Assembly (NCBI RefSeq): GCF_004010195.1 | Contig: NC_057719.1 | Location: 88,987,211 to 89,036,002, forward strand | Length of the DNA stretch: 48,792 bases | Direction: 5' to 3' | Source: Chiloscyllium plagiosum | Lineage: Eukaryota | The notes under the pieces: generated by a model | Seen by the model: the letters and a program-made list of their open reading frames with translations, nothing else | What the model was told of the DNA's origin: nothing | The model's database searches: none | Made by a program: the position numbers and the translations under genes | Shown: positions 39,536 through 48,792 of the stretch, in pieces | Layout: each line of letters opens with the position of its first letter | Numbering within the stretch: position 1 is the stretch's first letter

Positions 39536-39869
39536 GTAAGTTTGATCTGATGTGAGATTAAACCTGCTGTGTCTGTGATCTAATAATGTGAAAGGGATCT
39601 GCTGGCAGTTGCTATAAGATTATGTCAGGATTGCCTCAGGAAGGCATCCCATGGCAGTGCAGTGAACACCAATCCATAGCAATCACATAAAGTGACTGAT
39701 TGACTGGTTCTGAAATATTTGGCTTATTTTGAGAGATTAGACAATGTTAAATCAGTGTAAAACATCCAAAGCTTTTCATGGTAGGTTGAATATTGCTTTT
39801 TCAGTTTGAAGACCTTGCATTGTGCAGAAACAGCTACCAGCAAAGGTGAAATACTGAACTGCTCCATTT

Positions 39870-42388
39870 TGCCAGTAGCAGAGGGTGGGGTGACGGCGAG
39901 GATCAGGGGCCTGCTGGGAAGGTAAATTTAAAGTTATATAAATTTACCTTGAGAATAGGCGGAGCGCACGCTGAGCAGGAACGGACATGGGACTAGGTGA
40001 GTAAGCGAAATAATATATTTGAGTGGTTGCTTTACCTGAAACATTAATAGGTAGTGTCTCCTACCCATCCTCCTCCTGTAACCAAAAACAAAGTTCTGTG
40101 CGCCGGATTGGTAAGGTAACTAGTTTCTTTTTATTCTTTATTTTTCTACAGTCTCTTTGGGAATTTAGAACAGTGGGAATGGAGGTTCGGGCAGCTGAAT
40201 GTTCCTCCTGCAGAATGTGGAAGGTAAGAGTCACCACTAGTGTCCCTGCTGACTTCAGTGGGAAATGCACACAACTCCAGCTCCTCACAAACTGTGTTAC
40301 AGAACTGAAGCTGGAGCTGGATGAACTTCAGATCATTCAGGAGGTGGAGGGGCTTATTGAGAGGATTTACAGATAGGTAGTTATACTTCAGGTTCAAGAA
40401 AAAGGCAAATTGTCAGGGGACAGAAAGGGAACCGGCAGGCAGTGCAGGGATACCCTGTGGCCATTCCCCTCAACAAGTATATCGTTTTGGATACTGATGG
40501 GGGTACGACTTACTAGGGCTAAACAATAGGGCACAGGTCTCTGACACAGAGTCTGTCCCTGTTGCTCAGAAAGGAAGGAGGAAGAGGAGCCCCTTTGGGG
40601 ACTCCATCGTTATGGGGACAGTTAGGAAGTTCTGTGGGAACAAGAGAGATCAACGGTTGGCGTGTTATCTCTCAGGTGCCAGGGTTTTTGATGTCTTGGA
40701 TCGTGCTTTTCGGATCCTTTAGGGAGAGGAGGAACAGCCCCAGGCTGTGGTCCACATAGGTACTAACGACATAGTTAGGAAAAGGGTTGGGGATTTAAGG
40801 CAGAAATTCAGTGAGCTAGGGTGGAAGCTTAGTGTGATAGCAAACAGAGTTGTTATCTCTGGTTTGTTGCTCATGCCACATGCTAGCGAGGTGAAGAATA
40901 GGAAGAGAGAGGAGTTGAACACATGGCGACAGGAATGATGCAGGAGGGAGGGTTTCGGATACCTGGCTAATTGGAATTCATTCTGGGGTAGGTGGGATCT
41001 CTACAAACAGAATGGTCTACACCTGAACCAAAGGGGTACCAATATCCTGAGGGGGAAATTTGCTAATGATATCCAGGAGGGTTTAAACTAATTCAGCAGG
41101 GGGATGGAAACATAAACTGTAGTTCCAGTGTGCAGGAGGTTGAGAGTAGTGAGGTCAGAAATATGGTTTCATGTTGCAAGAGTTCACCAGCAAGCAGGAA
41201 GGTGGTTTAAAGTGTGTCTATTTTGATGCCAGGAGCATCTAGAATAAGGTGGCTGAACTTGCAGCATGGGTTGGTACCTGGGACTTCGATGTTGTCCCAC
41301 TTCGGAGAAATGGTTAGTGCAGGGACAGGAATGGTTGCTGCAGCCATGCCTCACAAACCTTATTGAGTTCTTTGAGATGGTGGCCAAACAGGTGGATGAG
41401 AGAAAAGCAGTTGATGTGGTGCATATTGATTTCAGTGAGGTGTTTGATAAGGTTCCCCACAGTAGGCTATTGCACAAAATACAGAGGCAAGGGATTGAGG
41501 GTGATTTAGCATTTTGGATCAGAAATTGGCTGGCTGAAAGAAGACAGAGGGTGGTGGTTGATGAGAAATGTTCATCCTGGAGTTCAGTTACTTGTGGTGT
41601 ACCGCAAGGATCTGTTTTGGGGCCACTGCTGTTTGTCACTTTTATAAATGACCTAAATGAGGGCATAGAAGGATGGGTTAGTAAATTTGCAGATGACACT
41701 AAGTTCAGTGGAGTTGTGGATAGTACTGAAGAATGTTGCAGGTTGCAGAGGGATAGAGATAAGCTGCAGAGATGGGCTGAGAGGGGACAAATGGAGTTTA
41801 ATGTGGAAAAGTGTGAGGTGATTCACTTTGGAAGGAGCAACAGGAATAAAGAGTACTGGGCTAATGGTAAGATTCTTGGTAGTGTAGATGAGCAAAGAGA
41901 TCTCGGTGTCGATGTGCATAGATCTCTGAAAGTTGCCACCCAGGTTGATAAGGTTGATAAGAAGGCATACGGTGTGTTAGCTTTTATTAGGAGAGGGATT
42001 GAGTTTCAGCGTCATTAGAAAGAAGAAGATTGAGCAGTGACTTAATTGAGACATATAAGATAATCAGAGGGTTGGATAGAGTGGATAGTGAGAGCCTTTT
42101 TCCTCGGATGGTGATGCCAGCACGAGGGGACATAACTTGAAATTGAGGAAGATAGATATAAGACTAATGTCAGAGGTAGTTTCTTTACTCAGAGTAGTAG
42201 TGGTATGGAATGCATTGCCTGCAACAGTAGTACACTTGCCAACTTTGAGGGCATTAAAATAGTAATTGGATGAACATATGGATGAAAATGGAATAGTGTA
42301 GGATAGTTTGGCTTCAGATTGGTTCCACTGGTCGACACAACATCGAGGCCTGAAGGGCCTGTACTGTGCTGTAATGTTCTATGTTCTA
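39870..42388 (+). mobile_element. CR1 LINE with 5' UTR, ORF1 (Zn-finger/leucine zipper + SGNH esterase) and internally deleted ORF2
   Basis: MEVRAAECSSCRMW; VHIGTNDI; ORF2 start jumps to [27 protein letters not shown]; tail gttctatgttcta. Confidence 0.92.
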
Positions 42389-42576
42389 TAAAGAAATGGT
42401 TTTCTCTTTTACCCTGTTCTGTCTTTTCCACACCACCCCCCTTCTGCCATAAGGAATTATTTGTTCTTATCTGTCCTATCTAAATACCTCATGATTTTGA
42501 CACTTGTAAAATATCTTCTTAGTCTTCGCTTCTCCAAAAATAGCAGCCCTAGCTTCTTCGAACTATTCACATAGTT

Positions 42577-45500
42577 AAGATTAGAGTGGTGCTAGAAAAG
42601 CACAGCAGGTCAGGTAGCATCGGAGGAGGAGGAAAATTGACGTTTCGAGCAAAAGCCCTTCATCAGGAATGAGGCTGGGAGCCTCCGGGGTGGAGAGATA
42701 TGTGGGAGGGGAGTGGTACTGGGGAGGAGGTAGCTGAATGTGTGATAGGTGGATGGAAGATGGGGTAAAGGTGATAGGTCAGAGAGGAGAGTGGAGTGGA
42801 TAGGTAGGAAGGAAGATTGACAGGTGGGACAGGTCATGAGGATGGTGCTGCGCTGGAAGGTTGAAACTAGGGTAAGGTGGGGTGATGGGAAATGAGAAAA
42901 TTGGTGAAGTTCACATTGATGTCATGGGATTGAAGGGTCATGAGACGGAAGATGAGGCATTCTTCCTCCAGGCATCGGGTGGTGAGGGAGTGGCAATGGA
43001 AGAGGCCCAGGACCTGCATGTCCTCGGCAGAGTGGGAGGGGGAGTTGAAATGTTCAGCCACAGGGCAGTTGGGTTGATTGATGCAGGTGTCCCAGAGATG
43101 TTCTCTGAAGTGCTCTGTGGGTAGGTAACCAGTCTCCCCAGTGTACAGGAGACCACATCAGGAGCAATGGATACAGTAAATGACTTGTGTGGAAGTGCAG
43201 GTGAAACTTTGATGGATGTGGAAGGCTCCTTTGGGGCCTTGGACAGAGGTGAGGGTGGAGGTGTGGGCGCGGGTTTTGCAATTCCTGTGGTGGCAGGGGA
43301 AGGTGCCAGGACGGGAGGGTGGGTTGTTAGGGGGCGTGGACCTGACCGGGTAGTCACTGAGGGAACGGTCTTTACAGAAAGCGAATGGGGTGGAGAGGGA
43401 AATATAACTCTGGTGGTGGGGTCCATTTGTAGGTGGCGGAAATGGCAGAGGATGATGAGATGTATACAGAGGTTGGTAGAGTGGAAGATGAGGATCGAGG
43501 GGATTATGTTCTGGTTGCAGATGGAGTGGTGGGTTCGAGGGCAGAGGTGTGTGATGTGGATGGAGGGTATCATCAACCACATGGGAGGGGAAATTGCGGT
43601 CTTTAAAGAAGAAGGCCATCTGGTGTGTTCTGTGGTGGAACTGGTCCCCCTGGGAGCAGATGCGGTCGAGGCAGAGGAATTGGGAATTAGGGAGAGCATT
43701 TTTGCAGGAGGCCGGGCGAGATGAGGTGTAATCCAAGTAGCTGTGGGAGTTGGTGGGTTTGTATGTCAGTGTTGAGTTGGTCATAAATGGAGAAGTCGAG
43801 GAAGGGGAGGGAGGTTTCAGAGATGGTCCAGGTGAATTTAAGGTCTGGGTGGAATGTGTTGGTGAAGTTGATCAACCGTCCAACCTCCTCATCGGAGCAC
43901 AAAGTGCCGCCGAGGCTGTCATCAATGTAGCAGAGGAAAAGGTGGTGCTAGTGTAACTCCAGAAGATAGATTGTTCCACGTAGCCAACAAAGAGACAAAC
44001 ATAGCTGGGGCCGATGCGGGTGCCCATGGCTACCCCTTTCATCTGGAGGAAGTGAGAGGATTCAAAGGAGAAATTGTTGAGGGTGAGGACCAGTTCAGCG
44101 AAATGAATAAGAGTGTCAGTGGAAAGGTGCTGGTGGGGACATCAGGACAGGAAGAAACAGAGGGCTTGGAGGCCCTGGTCATGGTGGATAGAGGTGTAAA
44201 GGGATTGAATATCCATAGTGAAAATTAGGCATTGGGGGCCAGGGAAACAGAAGTCTTGAGTGTGTGGGTGATGTCCCAAATGTATGTGGGGAGTTCGTGG
44301 ACCGGGGGGATAGGACAGTATCGAGATAGGTGAAGATGAATTTGATGGGGCAGGAACAGGCTGAGATAATAGGTCGGCTGAGATAATCAGGCTTGTGGAT
44401 CTTGGGTAGGAGATAGAAATTTGCGTGCAAGGTTCCCAAACAATGAGGTTGGAAGCTGTGGGTGGGAGATCCCCTGAGGTGATGAGGTTGTGGATGGTAT
44501 GGGAGATTATGGTTTGGTGATGAGGGGTGAGATCATGATCGAGGGGGCAGTAGGAGGAGGTATCTTCGTATTGGAGCCTGGCTTCAGTTGTGTAGAGGTC
44601 AGTGCACCAAACTATCACGGCACCCCTCCGCTGGATGGTAGTAAGGTTGGGGTTGAAGCAGAGGGAATGGAGGGCTGCACAATGAGAGGGTGAGAGGTTT
44701 GAGTGGGGGGAGTAGACTGGTTGACACAGTCAATGTCTCGGCGGCAGTTGGAAATAAAGAGGTTGAGGGCAGGTATTAGATCGGCATGGGGTGTCCAGGT
44801 GGATGGAGTGTGTTGGAAGCAGGCGAAGGGGTCCTCGGAAGGTGGGTGGGAGTCTTGATTGAAAAGGTAAGCTCGAAGGTAGAGGCGGTGGAAGAAGTCA
44901 TAGAGTCATAGAGATGTACAGCATGGAAACAGACCCTTCAGTCCAACCTGTCCATGTCAACCAGATATCCCAACCCAATCTAGTCCCACCTGCCACCACC
45001 CAGCCCATATCCCTCCAAACCCTTCCTATGCATATACCCATCTAAATGCCTCTTAAATGTTGCAATTGTACCAGCCTCTACCATTGAATTCGTTCATGCG
45101 TGGACAGCAGGGATGAAGGCAAGGCCTTTGCTGTGGACTGATCATTCATCCTCAGTGACAGGGAGGTCTGGAGGATAGTGAAAACCCAGCAGGGCAGGGA
45201 ACTAGGACCTAGTATAGGACTGGAACTGGGAGTGGGGCGGAGACTGTGATTGGAGTGGGTGTGGGAATGGGGGTGATGTCACTTGCAGAAGTGATGCTCA
45301 CCCCGGGGCTCTGTGGGTGGAGGTGGTGACTGGCATCTGTGGGGGGCATGTGCAGGTGAGTAGCGTAAGTGGGGGCGGAAGTGGTTGCAACAATGGCAGC
45401 TGCAGGTGGGGAAGTGGTGGAACACGAGGCGTCAGTGATGATGAAGGGAGCGGAAGTGACAAAACGTGTGGTATGGGTGATGTCATTGGGGGTGGAAGTG

Positions 45501-46088
45501 GCTGCGGCAGCGGCAACAGAAGGGGTGGAAGTATGGTTCCGGTTGGGCCTTGTGTTGGTCTTAGTAGTGGCAGATCTCTTAGTGATCACGCGGCGGTTGC
45601 AGTGGCTGTTGTCTGGCTGGAAGCTGCTAGGCGGTGGGGACAGAGATGATGTCATCGATCGCCATGGTGATGGTGGCAGGCACAGCCTTGTGATTGATGG
45701 CAGCCGAGCAGTTCCGGAAACTGGGGGAAGCTTCTGGAATGTTTGAGGACTGCTGACTATTGAGGTGGACATATAGAAGTTTGTTGCACTTACAGTTTTT
45801 GATGTTTGAAATGGTGCGGAAGTTTTGTTTATTAAGTGTATGAATTTTTCTGAGGATATAATACAGCAGGGGCCCTTTGCAGTTCTGAGAGAGTGTGGCC
45901 CTCAAATGAGGCATCATTGACTGTAGAAAGGTTAGGTGGTGGCGCATGGCTGCAAGTGTGGTGCAGAGTATCCTGAAGAAGAACCGTTGCTGGAGGTTTT
46001 GAATTTGTAGTCTGTACTGGTTGTCCTGTTCAGATCCAAACTGTGTTGGTCTGAATGTGGTTTGGAGTCCATGTGGAATCAGTTGTCT
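42577..46088 (-). mobile_element. Penelope-like element (RT + GIY-YIG endonuclease), decayed
   Basis: FYLLPKIHKP..RPIISACS, FTMDIQSLYTSI, YKPTNSHSYLDYTS, FTCTSTQVIYCIHC, AEHFNSPSHS; hammerhead core at ~42638-42668; inserted in an older CR1 with repeated tagtt. Confidence 0.92.
44898..45085 (-). mobile_element. CR1/HER1 3' end nested in the Penelope element
   Basis: Near-identical to 28945-29130. Confidence 0.85.
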
Positions 46089-47522
46089 AGTTGCTCATCT
46101 CTGGTAACATTTTTGTGAATCTTTTCTGCACCCTCTCAAATCCCTTCCTGAAGTGTGGTGCTTCAACTAGAGTTGAGGGAAAAATCTGGATTTTAAGAGA
46201 AAAATTGTCATAACCTTCTTGTTTTGCATGCGATGCTCCTATCTATCAAGCTTAGAATCCTAACAATATCTTCAACCTCCACTGCTACATTTATAATTTG
46301 TGTGCATACATGTAATATATCAGATATCAGACTGGGATCATTTAAGGAAGCACTGATCATTGTATCATAAGATTATTAACTTGGCTGTAGAAGGGACAAA
46401 GAACAATTCAGAATAATTCTGAATTGGAGGACAGCAATTTCAATGGGGGCAAGAGGGCATTTGCAGCAAGTAAATTTAAGCACAGGTTTGGGTAAAACTG
46501 TGATGAAATAATAGCCTGCCTTACAAGAGGCGATTGTTCAGCAACAGTCTGAGAATATTTCCGCAAACAGGAAATGGTGGCAAACACAAAATCGAGTTCC
46601 CTGCATGATGATTCAAGGGATAAGGATTATTGATAACCCTAGTGAGAACCAAACTAAATACAGGTAGTTCAGAGGGGAAGTAAAGAGTAAGAGAGACTGG
46701 CAACTAACTTTAAAAGTGAATTCTAAAGTCATTCTTTAGTCACAAACAGCAAAAAGGGTATCAAAATAATGGTGGGCCAATTATCATAAATCCCTTGTTT
46801 AAACTTCATAGGGGCAGCAGCCTGGCTGAGATATTATGAAGAGGAAGTTGATGTCCAATCCATGCTGAAAAAATATGTAGTTGAGACTTGGATGAGTTGA
46901 AGTTTCACCGAACTTTAGAAAGGCTAAAATAAAATAGAACTGCAGATGCTGGAAATCTGAAACAAAAAGCAGTTGCCGGAGAAAGTCAGCAGGTTTGGCA
47001 GCTTCTGGGTGAGTTAACATTTTTGAGTCCTGTGACCCATTGTGCTTCTACAGCAATTTCTGCTTCAATTAGAAAGGCTGCTTGTCCTTGCTGTTGGTAA
47101 CTGATAAAAACTGAATTGGAGACACCTGAGGATACTGAGATGTAATGGCACTTTGAAACTGTAATGGCACTGTCCACAACAACCTAATCCTGTTCAAATA
47201 CAGGGATGGGATCAGAGGACTGGAGCATTACAATGTTTTTGTCACAAGTGCTTGGATAAATCCAGCAGCTAGATTCACCTTCATGATAGGAAAGCTTCTA
47301 AGGAACTGTAACCTCAGCCTCAAGCAACAATACTTGGGGAGCATATGGACTAACTTTTTATGTTGACTAAGAACTCCTCACCATCTAGTGTGTAACCTAT
47401 TTACTAGGACCATCTCATGAAGGCTTATAATTCTAAATCTTCAGTTTTCATGAGTATTTTAATGGTAAAAGAAATTGCTTGCTTTAAGAGTCTTAATTTG
47501 TTTTTTTGTGTTTTAATTGCAG

Positions 47523-47612
47523 CTGTGAAACAAACATTAAGTCCAAACTCTGTCCAAATTCTGAGGAATTTGAGAATTTAAATTTTCCAGAAAAGGAAGT
47601 GATAGTCAAGAA
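47523..47612 (+). CDS. Putative repeat exon, 90 nt (CETNIKSKLCPNSEEFENLNFPEKEVIVK)
   Basis: ttgcAG / GTaagt; net +12 nt keeps frame and phase. Confidence 0.45.
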
Positions 47613-48185
47613 GTAAGTTTGATTCATTGTATGACCATGGCATGTTTCACTTGCAATACAGTAATGTCTAAAGGTAATTACTGGAAAGCTGGTGATTGTA
47701 TCTTAGATTTATCAGCAATCTCCATGAAGTTGTAAATGTTCCTATACTTATGATTCTATAAGATGCACCCATAGAAATAGTGGCATGGACACTACTCTAG
47801 ATCATAGAATATTCATGAAGAAATGGCTTCTCAATAATTTACATAGGTTCTCCCTCATCTCTCAGCAGTTCAATGTAAAAGTGTTGAGTTTATCTCAGAT
47901 TGAAATTTATAGACTATATAGCAAATGTAAGTTATTGAAGGACTGGCTTCACTCCTCTGACTGTCTGTCTATCAACTGCTTTGGCCCTCTGAGTCATTTC
48001 TTGAGTTTCCTGAGGAATTTTATATTACCATTTTGTGCTATTTTTATATTTGGAATATGACCTTTTTAATGAAATTAGCTGCTCAGGGCTGGAAATGCTG
48101 CATTTTGAGACTTTTTAAAAAATGGTTGGCAACCAATTATAGACTCAAACACCTTTTTTATTTTGTGGCTTATGATCAATTGCAG

Positions 48186-48263
48186 AGGTGTACAGCTTAA
48201 CTGACCAAGCATTGAAGAAAATGATAGTCTCGATCCGAGAGCAAATAAAGCAGTGATGAAAAA
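48186..48263 (+). pseudogene. 78-nt repeat exon copy with in-frame TGA and weak donor
   Basis: ttgcAG / GTttca; GVQLN*PSIEENDSLDPRANKAVMK. Confidence 0.4.
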
Positions 48264-48589
48264 GTTTCATTTGATGTGTGGCTAAAGTGTATTTAATCTG
48301 GAATTTAACAACGTGAGAGGAATTGCTGGAGAGCAAGAATGTCCTGTAAAATAGTGTAGAAATTTTCACATTAAAACATTCCTCCCACCACACCCCCACC
48401 CCAATGCAGGGTGCCAAACAGCACTCCAAACCATTGCAATCACATTAAAGAAGATGCTTGATTTGTGTCTCCAATGATTTCATTATTCCTAGAGATTGAT
48501 TTGTTTAGACTTTCAGTGTAATTCTTCTAAAGGTCCTCCTGTGAATGGTTCTACTATATCAGATTTTGGAGTTGTTCATCTTGGATTCT

Positions 48590-48792
48590 CATTTCCGCCA
48601 CTTCCGCCCCCACTGACGTCACTAACCTACACGCCCACAACGCCGCATGTGTCTCCGCCCCCACGCCGAACTCCACGCCTAACCCCGCCCCCACGCCTAA
48701 CCCCGCCCCTTCGCCTATCGCCGTCATCACGTCTAACCCCGCCCCTTCGCCTATCGCCGTCACCACGGCCAACCCCCCCCCCCCGCCCCTCC
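48590..48792 (+). mobile_element. Probable start of another, younger Penelope-like element (low-complexity region), running off the window
   Basis: acttccgcccccactgacgtcactaacctacacgccc resembles the reverse complement of ~45340-45380; CpG-rich internal tandem repeats. Confidence 0.6.

Larger units (their letters stand above)
21960..48450 (+). repeat. Diverged tandem array of exon-like cassettes with conserved flanking modules (about 15 copies, interspersed with TEs)
   Basis: Recurrent ttatgaccaattgcag|78 nt|gtaagtttgat..tgtgact..ttgcttcattc..gaaaggaaattgctg..gtaagataat..catagcaatcacatt; cassettes start at 22483, 23879, 24136, 25057, 26309, 27653, 30752, 32329, 33672, 36507, 37265, 37840, 39458, 47523, 48186. 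Confidence 0.88.

Noticed and set aside
22483..48263. Cassettes as Ig/TCR J segments (ends like TKVVIK followed by a splice donor)
   Set aside because: No F/W-G-x-G motif and no conserved heptamer/nonamer RSS; each has a splice acceptor instead and ends in phase 2, whereas J segments end in phase 1
21960..48450. Array as a miR-430-like miRNA cluster or C/D snoRNA cluster
   Set aside because: No conserved AAGTGC seed hairpin; RTGATGA/CTGA boxes appear only sporadically (e.g. 22450) and are not conserved between units
48554..48792. CpG-island promoter or Gly/Ala-rich gene at the window end
   Set aside because: Sequence resembles the Penelope low-complexity region at ~45.3 kb; a host promoter is not excluded but is unsupported

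Overview
Repeat-dense vertebrate genomic DNA, most likely from a shark or other elasmobranch, judged from HE1-type tRNA-derived SINEs, HER1/CR1 LINEs and Penelope-like elements. There is a 500-N gap at 12924-13423. No conventional cellular gene can be named, and most listed ORFs are transposon-derived or spurious. Contents: (1) a decayed class I (gamma/epsilon-like) endogenous retrovirus with pro-pol-env at ~1.7-6.9 kb; (2) many CR1 LINE fragments, HE1 SINEs and one or two solo LTRs; (3) a near-complete Penelope-like element plus many short termini carrying hammerhead-ribozyme cores; (4) hidden between the transposons from ~22 kb to the window end, a diverged tandem array of about 15 copies of a 78-nt exon-like cassette (tgaccaattgcAG|78 nt|GTaagt) on the + strand. 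The cassette would encode a hypervariable 26-aa repeat in phase 2. Many copies are followed by a better-conserved ~150-nt intronic element with H/ACA-RNA-like architecture. The array is the most interesting feature; whether it is coding, a non-coding small-RNA host or decaying cannot be settled from sequence alone. Identities quoted are hand counts, and TE boundaries are approximate.
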